A stretch of 64,000 nucleotides of DNA from Octopus vulgaris (GCA_951406725.2 OX597831.1:69192001-69256000); one strand, 5' to 3'. Positions 1-12,275 are shown, counted from the first letter of the stretch. Program-made: numbers and translations. The notes: generated by a model from the letters alone, not told the origin.

Positions 1-470
1 TCATCAATTTGTCATTGGTGGTGCAGGAAGAGTGGTTGGTGTATTTTGCAACCATGAACCACATATAGTAGAAAATAAGATTACAATTAGGGGGATGAGA
101 AGGCCAGTAATTGGCACTGGTGAAGTTGTAGAATTTCTCTGACAAGCACTTCTGACACTTTCCAGATATATGATGAGGAGCTGAATCCTCCTGCCACATG
201 TATAGCATTTCAGCAGCAATCCTCTCCAGCCAGGGATTGACCACAATCTTCAGTGGCTGCCCTTAACAGTCTGAATTAAGCCTAAGGCTGGCCATGGCCT
301 TATAGTCTCTGTTGCAGCCGTCCATGTCATGCCTTACTGCCTTTACAGTGTTCATAGAACATTGAACAGCAGTCATGGTGCTAGTATCTTGATACCTGGT
401 GTGAATCATCATGATACAGGTAATTCTTTTCCAATATTCTGATGGCTTTCAGTCCTTCATCTCAGGTAAG
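1..470 (-). mobile_element. Decayed, internally deleted Tc1/mariner (maT, DD37D-like) transposase
   Basis: Minus-strand manual translation gives an N-terminal PSEYWKRITCIMMIH...TVKAVRHDMDGCNRDYKAMA joined to WLERIAAEMLYMWQEDSAPHHISGKCQKCLSEKF...YWPSHPPNCNLIFYYMW. This resembles WQQDSAPCH...WPPNSPDCNPLDYYVW, with 37 residues between the second and third catalytic positions. Runs off the window edge. Confidence 0.75.
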
Positions 471-807
471 TTTTTCTCAACAGCTTTAATCTTTATGCCC
501 TCCAACACCTTTGACTGTTCACTAATATACCAAGCTGCTCTTGAATAAAAGGAGGCATAATATTTGTCAAATTTAGCCTGAACACTCTGAATTTCTCACT
601 GTTGTATTAATGACTTACATCTATGCATGAGGATTATTTATTAATGTAGGTGTTAGTTGACTCAATGGTTAAGAACTTTGCTTCTCAACAAAAATGGTTT
701 TATGTTTAATCACATTGTAGGGCACCTTGGGAAAGTATGTTATATTACTTGCAGCACTGGGTTGATCAAAGCCTTGTGAGTGGATTTGGTTGAAAGAAGC
801 CTGTTGT

Positions 808-859
808 ATGTATGTATGTATGTATGTATGTATGTATGTATGTATGTATGTATGTATGT

Positions 860-893
<34 letters not shown>
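808..893. repeat. (TATG)n/(TG)n microsatellite following a degraded SINE head (~645-807)
   Basis: Visible directly in the sequence. Confidence 0.9.
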
Positions 894-899
<6 letters not shown>

Positions 900-1136
900 A
901 AGTTTAAAAGTTTAATAATTTATAAATTTAAAATTTAAAATATAAAAATTTATAAATATAAATTTAAAAATTTCAGATTTCAGTATTTTAAATTTTATAT
1001 TTTATATATATTTTGTATATTATATTAATTATATTTATTTTTTGTTTTTTATGTTTTGGTTTATGTCTATCACTGTTTGAGTTGCCTAATAGTGGTTTTA
1101 TCTCTAATTTAATTTATATATATATATATATATATA

Positions 1137-1365
1137 TCACAATCAAGGAACGGCCATAATAGGCCATTCACCCACTAGAAATAACAGCCAAAGCTTTAAC
1201 CGCAAAATAACATTAATTCCGTAAACCAGGAGAAAATTAAAAAAACATTTACCCTGTAATTTCTTATACGATGCACCGTTTCATCTACTGTTTAATGGTA
1301 AACTAACCTGATTAAATTAAATCAAGCCAATCTTCCATAGGCCCTTAGATTCCTCAGTAAGAAAT
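1137..1365 (-). mobile_element. Short non-coding hammerhead-bearing insert (Penelope pLTR or retrozyme-like) in (TA)n
   Basis: About 230 bp of complex sequence bounded on both sides by (TA)n; begins at the hammerhead helix I. Confidence 0.65.
1259..1365 (-). ncRNA. Type I hammerhead ribozyme, apparently intact
   Basis: Minus strand reads ATTTCTTA-CTGAGGA-ATCTA-(long insert)-TAGAT-GAAAC-GGTGCATC-GTA-TAAGAAAT. It has an 8-bp helix I, the CUGANGA and GAAA core, a 5-bp helix II, a self-complementary helix III and a GUA cleavage triplet. Confidence 0.85.
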
Positions 1366-1400
1366 ATATATATATATATATATATCGAAATTTAGGTCTC

Positions 1401-2079
1401 ACCTTCGAACTTTAGGTCTCACCAAGGAAATGACTAGAGACCGAGAACTATGGAAGTATGCTGTGCGTGAGAAGACCCGGCAAGACTAGTGAGGCCATAA
1501 CCAGTGGCCCCTACCTGGGACGTAGTCAGTCCACCTGTGCATACCTTCCTTCTTGTGATACTTGTGAAGACCTGTTGAGGCATGTGAAAATCAAACCAAA
1601 TCAAAATAGATGAACATCAATGGAATTTGTATCTTTGTGGTACCAGTGCCGGTGGCACATAAGAAAACCATCCGAACGTGGCCGTAGCCAGTACCGCATT
1701 GACTGGCCTCCGTGCTGTGGGCATGTAACAAACACCATCCGATCGTGGCCGTTCGACAGCCTTGTCTGGCACCTGTGTCGGTGGCACATAAAAAACACCA
1801 TCCGAGCGTGGCCGTCTGCCAGCCTCGTCTGGCACCTGTGTCGGTGGCACATAAAAAACACCATCCGAGCATGGCTGTTCGCCAGCCTCGTCTGGCACCT
1901 GTGTCGGTGGCACATAAAATCACCCACTACACTCTCGGAGTGGTTGGCGTTAGGAAGGGCATCCAGCTGTAGAAACACTGCCAGATCTGACTGGCCTGGT
2001 GCAGCCTTCGGGCTCCCAGACCCCAGTTGAACCGTCCAACCCATGCTAGCATGGAAAGCGGACGTTAAACGATGATGAT
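1401..2079 (+). mobile_element. 5'-truncated RTE LINE (family 1): ORF C-terminus plus 3'UTR with ~63-bp tandem array
   Basis: LRTLGLTKEMTRDRELWKYAVREKTRQD* matches the end of ORF 42933-43535. Ends in ...GGACGTTAAACGATGATGAT. Short TTTAGGTCTCACC duplication at the 5' junction. Confidence 0.85.
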
Positions 2080-3910
2080 ATATGTAGGTCTGTGTGCATA
2101 AATGTATGTGTGTGTGTGTCTAGGTATTGTCTCCTATCAGTATCAAGCAGTTGCAAATGAGTGTCTGTTTTGTACAAAAGGTTGTCCTTTGTTTCCACTC
2201 TTCTGTGCAAATATGAACAGCTATGGGGAAATATTACCTTGCATGGAAAGAGGTGGGAGTTGGTGATGGGAGGGCGTCTAGCTATAGGAAATCTGCTTCA
2301 ACAAATTGTGTTTGGCCCATGTGAGCATGAAAAAGTGAATGGTAAATTGATGATGATGGTAATGATGATCATCATCTTTAAAAAGCAATATTTTTCATAT
2401 ATCTGTATAAAATATCATTACTGTATATTTTCTAAACTTTAATTTTTGAAAACATATTTTCTAGAAACTACAAAAGCCAATATTATTTTGAATCCATTGT
2501 TATAGGAAACATATCATTTTCTATATCATAGAATGCATATAACAGTGTTCAGTTCAAGCTATTATCAGCAGCGCAAGAAAGTGAAATGGAATAAATTGTT
2601 ATCATTTGATATTCAATAGCTGAGGATCACAATTATTGGTAATGTATTCTTATCTGTAGTAGACACACATGTACACACACACACACACACACACATTTAT
2701 GCACATCACAACTTGTATATGAAAACCTATGATAAGTTTGATACTTTTTGTTGTAGAACTTTAAACAGATGCAAATACTTATTGTTATTTTCTTCTTACA
2801 CAAAAATTAAGTTGGTTGTTTCTGATTTGTTTCATCATAAGACAAGTACTGTACTAATATATTCCTCTGTCCAAGAGGTGAATTATGTAGGTATTTAAAT
2901 CACTGCCACCAACAAATTAACAGCATACAATTTAGTCTAACCCATTATAGCTGAGTTCTAGTTTGTGGTTGATTTGTCAATGAACTATGAAACGTATCAA
3001 AATAATCTTCCATACTTCAAAAGTTAAAAGCTTAAAAGCTGCTGTTTAACTACTTTCAACTTATCTGAGGAAACCAACTATATTACGCATATATATATAT
3101 CTATCTATCTGATGAAGGTTACATAACTGATGCTTCATTGTGACTGACAAACTTTTACCTAATAAAAGCAAAATAAATATGTTACTCTACTAAAAATTTT
3201 CAAGTGATCCTTCAATTGAATATTTGACTGTTTTTATATATAGCTGCCCATAAAAACAAACATATACAAACATAAATCATACATCTATACATACATATAT
3301 ATACACATGCACATATATATATATACATATATGCAGATATGTATATGCATATATATATATACTTATATATATATATATATATATATGAACACATTAACAT
3401 GCACATGTACTGTTGACATATATGTGTGCGTGCGTGTATGTATCACATTACCTTTTATTGTTATCACCTTTGATAAGAATTATGTAAAACGGATTAAGCA
3501 TTAATGCACACACTGCAATAAAATGAATGGATAAACTGCAATTTGAATGGAGTGCACATATAGGAGAAAGTTGAGTTAATGGGATAGCTGAGAGCTCATC
3601 AGAGCATTCATTATAAGTTTCTTTTGATATTCATAGGATGTGAAGCAACTACTCAATATTTTGCCTAGCTTCTTTGATAAACCTATCAGAAATATGTGCA
3701 GAAAGAACTGGGTAGTAGATCTTCAAATATACTCTTTAAGATATTATCTGCGATAGATATATACTGATATTTTTTTTATATCAAATATTTCTCATGCATA
3801 TATGTGTATGTATGTGTGTACATGTTTGTGTAGAAATACATGTATACATGCATATTTAGACATAGTTATACTTATTGAGACTGGAGAGATAACATAGGTA
3901 GCACAATAAC

Positions 3911-4040
3911 TATGTATGTATGTACGTATGTATGTATGTATGTATGTATGTATGTATGTATGTGTGTATGTATGTATATATGTATGTATGTATGTATGTA
4001 TGTAGGTATGTAGGTATGCATGTATGTATGTATGTATGTG
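3911..4040. repeat. (TATG)n microsatellite
   Basis: Visible directly in the sequence. Confidence 0.9.
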
Positions 4041-5124
4041 GGTGCTTGTATGGTGATTTAGAAATTCATGTTGCAAACACATACCTTTTGGGTTCAATCC
4101 TACCTTAGGTAACTATCATTTACTATTACCCTGGATTGACCAGTGCCTTGTAAGTGAATTTAGTGAGAGAAACTGTCCAAGGCCTATGTGTGTGGCTGTT
4201 TGTGTGTGTGTCTCTCTCTCTGTGTAAGTATGTGTATATCAGTGAGAATGCTAATGTTTTATAACTGAAGAAGTTTCCTTTGTCATTTTGCTGTCAGCTG
4301 ATAATCCAGTAGCTCAGTGCTTTTAAAAAGTTAAGGATAAAGGTGGTCAAGAAGGGCATCTAGCAGTAAAGCAACATTCCATCAATATGCATTCAGTTAA
4401 CCCATGCTGGCATCAAAAAAATGGATGTAAAAATAAACATAAAATTGCAGTGGCCTCCAGTAAATTTATTGCCAGAGAAATACGATGCAACACTGGTTTA
4501 ACTTATAATTTAATTAAAATTTAATCAAATGTAAATGAAAGTTGGTCTCCATATTTTGTAGACTCTACTTTAGTAAATATCGTGGCTTCACCTTTTTAGG
4601 CACTGATTTGATTGATTTATCGATGACAAACTGATCCATGTTTATCAATGTTTATTCACTCTTTGGATAATGTTTTTTTATTAGCTTTGAAATTTATATA
4701 ATTTTCAATGAATTTGCTTGCAACTTTCTATCAAGACATTCCACTATGTGTTCTACTGGACCATGATTGGGGATTTGTATGATCCATTTAGAGATTTGAG
4801 TTTCTGCATTCTATACCAAGCTTACAGGCATTGCTTATATGGCATAGTGCCCTGTTGTCAAGAAAGAGATTATTTTTATTATCAATATAATAGGCCCTTT
4901 ATGAGTGTTTGACAAGATCTGGGAGGCATTTAAATCATATTCACCAAATCTGTTCTCTGAACTGCCCATCGACCAAATTGTCCCCACTATCTCAATAACT
5001 CAAACTCCTTAATTTTAGCTATTCCTTAAAAACAGTCCTGCTCTCCTATGTACCACCATATCATATTACTGCTTCAACTCCTTAATTTTAACTACTTCTT
5101 TAAAAGAATCAACTACAACTATGA

Positions 5125-5937
5125 TTTCACTTGGCTTGATGGGTCTTCTCAAGTAGAGCATATTGCAAAAGGTCTCAGTCACTAGTCATTGCTTCTGTGA
5201 GGCTCAAAGTTTGAAGATCATGCTTCACCACCTCATCCAATGTCTTCATGAATCTACCTTTACCACAGGTTCCCTCCACAGTTAGAGTGTGTGTGGACTT
5301 CTTTACACAGCTGTCCTCATCCATACGTGTCACATGACCATACCAGTGCAGTCGTCTCTCTTGCACACCACATCTGATGTCTCTTATGCCTAACTTTTCT
5401 CTCAAGATGCTTACACTCTGTCGAACATGCACACTGACATTGTACATTCATCAAAGCATACTGGCTTCATTTCTTTCAAGCCTATGCATGTCCTCGGCAG
5501 TCACAGCCCATGTTTCACTGCCATGTAGCATAGCTGTTTCCCCACAGACATCAAACAATCTACCTTTCACTCTGTGAGAGAGGCCTTTTGTTGCCAGCAG
5601 AGGTAGGAGCTCTATGAACTTTGCCCAGCCTAACCTTCTTTTCAAAGCTACACTCTCAGAGCTCCATCTTTACTACTAATTTGGTTACCTAGATAATGGA
5701 AGCTAGGGACTGCTTCTAGCTAACCCAACTGGTAATTGATGGAGTCTATTTTCTGTACACTTTTGGTGTTTATTGTACCTATGTATCTTCCACATATAAA
5801 ACCTATTTTCCCTGTTAACCTTCCTCTGATATTGCTGCACCTATTATGCATCCAAAGCTTATACTGGGTGCATCTTATAGAGTTTCTACCTACATCTTCT
5901 CTACAGATCAAGCAGGGACATCTACTTGAAGGGATTG
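5125..5937 (-). mobile_element. RTE LINE (family 1) ORF fragment, frameshifted
   Basis: ORFs 5720-5911, 5451-5645 and 5175-5447 give KGRLFDVCGETAMLHGSETWAVT...ERRLHWYGHVTRM, the RTE post-RT region. Confidence 0.85.
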
Positions 5938-6847
5938 TATATATATATACAAGCGTTGATGCTTCCTAGGGCTAAACAGCGGTGGTGTAAATCCCTTACA
6001 GGACTGTCACGTTAAGTTGACAGTATACAACCACTCTCTCTCTCTCTATATATATATATCTATGTCTATTCATATACATGCATGTATAAAAACTTATGTA
6101 TATATGTACATATATCTATGAATATAGACTTGTGTGTAAGTGTATATATATGTATGTGTATGCATGTATATTCAAACATATTTCTTGAAGGATTTTAGTT
6201 GAACAAATTAATGCCAGTACCTACTACTTTTATATCTGGTGCTTATTCTAAATAAACTAACATTAGTCACTAAGCAGTGGTGAGGGACAATCTTATACAG
6301 AAAGACACAGAAACATGGATATATATATATATGGGCAACACACACACATACACACACGTACATATGTACATCTATTGCATACATGTTTTTTGTATGCATA
6401 CATGTTCATGTGTGTAAGTGTTGCCATATATCAACAAAACACTTTTTTCGTCTATGTAAAAAGACCAACAAAAGTCTTAACAAAAACTTACTTGTCACTA
6501 GATGGGGACTTAACTCCTGTTTGCAAACAATGGTGATTTCTCCGACTTGAAAATTGTTAAAAGTTTTGGTTGAAAATTTATTTTTACTACTATTCGCTAG
6601 TGACTCTGGGGAAAATAAGTTGACAAAAATACAGCTAGGGTCAGGACGAATGTCCTCCTAAATTTGGATTGACATGCATGCTAATTTGTATGCTAATATA
6701 TGCATGCTAATATATATATATATATATATATACATACACACACACATATACATATATATATATATATTATTTAGAGATAGTAGTCCCCTTCATCCCACCA
6801 TATAAAAGAATTTTAATTTAAATTTAATACTTACTACTCATTTCTCC

Positions 6848-6930
6848 GCTACACATGTTTCTTGAGGTTCTTTTACGGTTCCTTATGTTTTTCAGGAACC
6901 TTTCTTAAAATGCAACCCCAATCATCAGGC
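6848..6930 (-). ncRNA. Hammerhead ribozyme motif (weak helix I)
   Basis: Minus strand: GC-CTGATGA-TTGGGGTT...AACCTCAA-GAAAC-ATGT-GTA-GC. Helix II is 8 bp; helix I is only 2 bp. Confidence 0.6.
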
Positions 6931-7570
6931 CTCTAAATAACTTTATCATAGTTCGATACCAAATACTATATTTTAATTTTAACATATAAGTATGTGTATG
7001 TGTAAATAGGTTCGCTGGACCTTACTGTGCAAGCCATAATTTAATTCAAATAAAAAATAATAAATAAAAAAAATACGAATAAAAAATAAAAATTAAAAAA
7101 TACGAATGAAAAATAAAAATTTACAAAAACTAAATTCTAACGTAACTTATGTCTGTAAACATTCATATAAAATTAATAATATGTAGGGATAAAAATAAAA
7201 TATATACTTGAGATGATATAATAAAAGCAATGACAAATAAATATATTCGAATAAAAATGAAAGCAATGACAAATATTTTCAAATAAAAACTATAGTACGA
7301 ATGACAAAAGGCAAAAGAAAATTTACAAATGATTCGAATGATAAAAATTAAAAATTAAAAATTTACAGAGTAAAAATAACTTAAGGGTAATGTAAAAGAA
7401 ATATAAAAAATATGTACAAACTACTGTTGACTACCATTGTCCTACTATGTATTAATTTCGGCTTGATGTCACAAGGTTCGGCAAACAACTACACTCCCAA
7501 TTTTACACATACTTATATGTTAAAATTAAAATATAGTATTTGGTATAGAACTATGATAAAGTTATTTAGA

Positions 7571-7665
7571 GGCCTGATGATTGGGGTTACATTTAAAGAA
7601 AGGTTCCTGTAAAACACTGTGTGCTTAAGGAATGGTAAAAGAACCTCAGGAAACGTGTGTAAGCT
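7571..7665 (+). ncRNA. Hammerhead ribozyme motif (degenerate)
   Basis: GGC-CTGATGA-TTGGGGTT...AACCTCAG-GAAAC-GTGT-GTA-A-GCT. Confidence 0.5.
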
Positions 7666-7846
7666 GAGAAATGAGTAGTAAGTATTAAATTAAATTAAAA
7701 TTCTTTTATATGGTGGGATGAAGGGGATTACTATCTCTAAATAAAATATATATTTCGTTATTGAACCCCTGTGATGCTGGAATTTTTATTCCCTAATATA
7801 ATAATTCCCTAATTTAATAATTGAAATAAAATTATATATATATATA

Positions 7847-8005
7847 GGCACAGGAGTGGCTGTGTGGTAAGTTGCTTACCAACCACATGGTTCCAGGTTC
7901 AGTCCCACTGACTATAGCCTCAGGCCAAACAAAGCCTTGTGAGTGGATTTGGTTGACAGAAACTGAAAGAAGCCCATCGCATATATATATGTATATATGT
8001 ATATG
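7847..8005 (+). mobile_element. tRNA-derived SINE family A, partial
   Basis: GGCACAGGAGTGGCTGTGTGGTAAG head matching the full copies at 47138 and 51961. Confidence 0.8.
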
Positions 8006-8129
8006 TCAATGCAATTGAAACAGTTGTTAGATTTTTAAGGTGTGATCTAAAATAAAGATATGATTTTCTTTGCACATATTATTCGTTGTTATACATAAAT
8101 GTAGATATATAGATGACTGCTTACTTTTA

Positions 8130-8365
8130 GCGGCTCAACCTTTTTGAAGTAAGGCGTCTTCTTCCACAACATATTTCCTTGACCTTAGTTTGTCTTTGAG
8201 GCTGGTGTCACCTTCCTAGAAATGTCTGAACCAGTTTTGTACCATCTGTTTGTTAACAGTTCCTGGCCTTTCTACATCATTAATTTCTGTTGTTGCTGCT
8301 CTTACACTCAATCCTTTTTCCACAGCTAGTTCAAAATGGGTCTATTTAAAAATTTTTTCACTATT
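8130..8365 (-). mobile_element. Mariner transposase N-terminal (HTH) remnant
   Basis: EKGLSVRAATTEINDVERPGTVNKQMVQNWFRHF*EGDTSLKDKLRS resembles the mariner WFxxFxxGDxSLEDxxRSGRP motif. Confidence 0.7.
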
Positions 8366-8484
8366 TATTTATCATCAAAGCTGTAAAATAAAGAACGAAA
8401 AATTAATGTTTATATGCTATATATGAAAATAAAAAATAAACAGTTCACCAACGATTGGACAACATTTTGTATAAAATTAAAGAA

Positions 8485-8893
8485 ATAAATCAAAACCAAA
8501 ATCGATCAACATCAATGGAAATTGCAGCTGTGATACCAGTGCCGGTGGTACGTAAGAGAGCCATCCAAACGTGGCCGTTGCCAGCGTCACCCCAACTGGC
8601 CTCGTGCCGGTGGCACGTAAAAAGCATCATCCGATCGTGGCCGTTTGCCAGCCTCGTCTGGCACCTGTGCCGGTGGCACGTAAAGGTACCCACTACATTC
8701 ACGGAGTGGTTGGCGTTAGGAAGGGCATCCAGCTGTAGAAACACTGCCAGATCAGACTGGAGCCTGGTGCAGCCTTCTGGATTCCCAGACCTCAGTTGAA
8801 CCGTCCAACCCATGCTAGCATGGAAAGCAGATGTTAAATGATGATGATGAGAAGACATGTCAAGCTAAACGATGATGATGATGATGATGATGA
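8485..8893 (+). mobile_element. RTE family 1 3'UTR (hairpin array plus (GAT)n tail)
   Basis: Homologous to 1590-2079 with fewer array units. Confidence 0.85.
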
Positions 8894-9201
8894 ACATGGG
8901 GATAAAAGTTGTTAAAAATCACCAGTGAAAAATTTGCAAAATATTTTTGACTCAACCTGGTATAGATGGAAAAGTCTCTAAGAAATATATTTGTGCCATA
9001 ATACATATTTATCAACCTTGGAGATAACCATTTCATTATGTATGTGTGTATGCAGAGAGAGAGAGAGAGAGAGATAGAAAGTGAGAGAGAGCAGGCACTT
9101 TTCTCCCTGTTTAATATTCCAGAATATTCTAGCAGGCATTTAGTGTTTTATGAAACTAATTATTAACTGAATAGCTCATACCTTGTTATATTAAAAGAAA
9201 T

Positions 9202-9432
9202 TGTGGAGGAGTATGGTCTAGTGATTAGGGTGATGGAATCATGATAATAAGATTGTGGTTTCAATTCCTGGACTGGGTGATGCATTGGATTCTTGAGAAA
9301 AAACATTTCATTTCATGTTGCTCCAATCCAGTCAGCAGACAAATCTGAGTAATGTTGTGGTGGATGAGTTTCCTGTCCAAGAGAAAAAATACATGCATCA
9401 CAAAAACTAGGAAACTTGGGAAGGATCTTTTT
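9202..9432 (+). mobile_element. Old tRNA-derived SINE
   Basis: A-box/B-box-like head (TGGTCTAGTGA...GGTTTCAATTCC); an inverted copy with flanks lies at 17451-17769. Confidence 0.65.
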
Positions 9433-10232
9433 CTTATGATCCTATATCAAAAAATTTGGAACAAATAGGATAATATTGCTGTTGATACTTAGTCTTAATA
9501 TAATATTGAATATTCATTAATAGTAAACCTTTGATTTTAAGTTTGCTCTCTCAAGAGTGATCTGAGGCTATATAAGAGAAAAAAACTTCTTATAAACTGA
9601 GGCAGTTACAGCTCCCCAACAATCTTCTTGAAGTTATTATATCTACCAACTGTATCTATATCTGTATTATATCTTGTATTGTCACTGGTATAATATTGAA
9701 ACTGTAGCATTTTAGTTTTGTCACACAAATATCTGAAATGTTTGAATTCAGAATTGTAAATTGCACAACACAAGAACTATGATCTGTATACTTTAGACAT
9801 ATATTATTTGAAGTCCATGATAATCAATAGTTTTGTCCTGAAATAACTGAAGTTTAAAATTTTTTATCCTATAAATATTGAAGAATAAAGATTCATATAA
9901 ATTCAAACTACTTGAGTAGAAAGTGATGATTCTTATGAAAATTCCTACACCTTGATGTTGGTTCTAAAATTTGATTTGCTACTTTGAGATAGTATTGAGC
10001 TTTGATCTATTGACAAATGATCTTTCAGAATAAAAGTAATTGTCTTCCGTATAGATATTGAAACTATTTTAAAAGACTGATTTTGTTTATTTAATTTTCC
10101 TTGTGGAAAAAGAAACAACTGAAAAGAAGATAAGATGGTGGATATGGTTAATTGTTCTGGTGTTGGATCTTGGAATGCGATATATCACTCTGATAGCTAC
10201 TTGTAGGGTAACTATATATAGACGTTGATTTA

Positions 10233-10649
10233 TCTTTATATATAAAAGTGAGGTTGTGTGCTGTCTGTCTCCTACGATTTAGATTCCTAACTACTCCCAC
10301 ATTTTGCGGTGCAGTTTAACCAAAATAAAATAAAATATATACTTGAGATGATATAATAATAAAAGCAATGACATTAGCGCAATGGTATTAGCGCACGTCT
10401 ATGATGAGTCTACGATTTAAAAAAAAATTTACCATCAATTTTTCCCATTTTTAATCCATTTTTGGCATATATAAGGGAAGTAACTCTCTAAAAGTTTATT
10501 ATTAAATCTCAGAACGTAAAAAGCTACAGTAACACCCCCCCCCCTTTGTGGTTAGCCATATTGAGATGGCTATTATACTTTATATCTCTAAAAATGCTTA
10601 TATAGTTATTTCCCTTACAAACCCGAACAACGCCGGGCGATACTGCTAG
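10233..10649 (+). mobile_element. Non-autonomous Helitron (family D)
   Basis: 5' TC, 3' CTAG, subterminal CCCG...CGGG hairpin, inserted between A and T; homologous to the copies at 35601 and 47811. Confidence 0.8.
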
Positions 10650-11972
10650 TTCTTAATATTTTAAATCTATTGGATAACTAATATTTGGTTGTGTCAAGAA
10701 CATTTCCAACATACATTCTATACTTTAAAATGTCATCTCCAGACTGAATAAAATAGTAGAGATTTTGTTCAGGAAATTTTGATACAGTGTCTGGCAACAA
10801 CATAAAAATAAGATTGCTGGAACCATTAATGAAATAAAGATCTCCAAGTCCAACTGTAGTCCAAGCATGTGTACATACCGTATATGTCATTTGACTACAA
10901 ATGATGATCAAACCAGTAAAACAGAATATTTGCAATTAGCATCTTGTCTCTTCTTTAGCTTTCACTATATGCAAATGAATTGAAGTGTTATTGTCTACAT
11001 GATAAACCTATTAGAAATTGTAATGGTGTTTGAATTCAAATAAAAATCAATACTTCTATCTTAGCTTTGTTTAGAAAGTTTTTGCATTACTGGAATATGT
11101 TGCATTACTGGAATATGTAATCCCTGTGATAATCTATTGGCATAAGAAGCCATTCCTTGCAGTTTTTTGTCTAGCATGTAATCTTACTATTAGCTACTTA
11201 GATTTTTCTGTTTTTTGTTAGACTCCTTTCATAGCAAAAAAAAAAGCTTGGATAACTTTTAGATATATAAAATATTATAGATATAGTTAGAAAAAAATAA
11301 ATATTTAGTAGAAATATAGGGTACTTTTTCTCCTTTTTTTTATTGCTAAATCTGGAGTAATGGACAATGTATATGACCTTGATGCTGTTAAAATTTGGTT
11401 GAAACTTTTGTAAGTTAACAACTGCAGGAAAGACACGAGCAGGGAGAATTGAATATGCTCTGATATATACACTAATATATTACTGGTATTTGGGGAGAGT
11501 CATTCTCTTTTAGTGCCTTATTATTTAACACACTCACTGGTAAAATTTCCACTTATTCCTTATTTTTATTTTCTGAAATTTTTACTGGTATCTATTCTAA
11601 AGAAATTCCAGTGGTATTTGAAAGCAGTGAAAGAGAGAGGGGGAGAGGGAAAGAAAGAGAGAGAGAGAGGTTGAGGTGCAAAATTATGTAAATATTTATT
11701 ACAGAGAATAGTATAATTTTATTGCTATTAAGAATAATATTGTTACAAATTTGATTTCTGCAATCCCAAAACTATATTGCATTTTCTGTTTTTTTTTTTG
11801 TATATATTTAGAAAATACTTTTTCTCTTCTCATTATTTCTATATTTGAAGTTTTTATTCTAGATACTGTTGTTGTTGTTCTTTTTCTTCTTCCAATGCTT
11901 ACTGCATTTCTTCTAGTTTATGCTCTGAGTTCAAATTCTGCAATGATTGACTTTGCCTCTCATCCCTTCAGG

Positions 11973-12275
11973 ATTTGTTCCTTCTCGAGCCATGCATGGC
12001 TCATAAGGGCCGGTTTCCCAGTTTCTTGGAGTATAGGTTCCCCACCTGGACGGGATGCCGGTCCGTCGCAGGTGAGCTGGAAGATGCAGGAGGAAAGAGT
12101 GAGAGAAAATTATGGCGAAAGAGTCAGCAGAAGTTCGCCATTACCTTCTGCCGGAGCCGCGTGGAGCTTAGGTGTTTTCACTCATAAACACACACATTGC
12201 CCAGTCTGAGATTCGAACCTGCAATCTCTCGACCGTGAGTCTGCTGCTCTAACCACTAGGCCATGTGCCTCCACA
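11973..12275 (-). mobile_element. tRNA-derived SINE family C nested in a family B SINE
   Basis: Homologous to 44041-44352; TSD CCCTTCAG at 11964-11971 and 12276-12283. Confidence 0.85.

Larger units (their letters stand above)
6767..7832. mobile_element. Penelope-like insert with inverted ~280-bp arms (6767-7045 / 7451-7744), each carrying a hammerhead motif
   Basis: The arms are reverse complements around an A-rich spacer, and the whole unit is flanked by (TA)n. Confidence 0.7.

Noticed and set aside
1646-1918. CRISPR-like repeat/spacer array next to an RT
   Set aside because: Whole units are homologous tandem repeats with only short variable loops. They lie in a LINE 3'UTR in eukaryotic DNA with no cas genes.
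1591-2044. Repetitive Cys/His-rich ORFs (also at 8455, 21431 and 42511)
   Set aside because: Products of the 63-bp non-coding array, which is open in several frames on both strands.
3108-3155. CTGATGA plus GGTTACA/TGTGACT stem as a hammerhead
   Set aside because: The GAAA core is disrupted and helices I and III are absent.
10678-10935. 85-aa ORF as an exon or retroelement piece
   Set aside because: No motif could be recognised with confidence in any frame.
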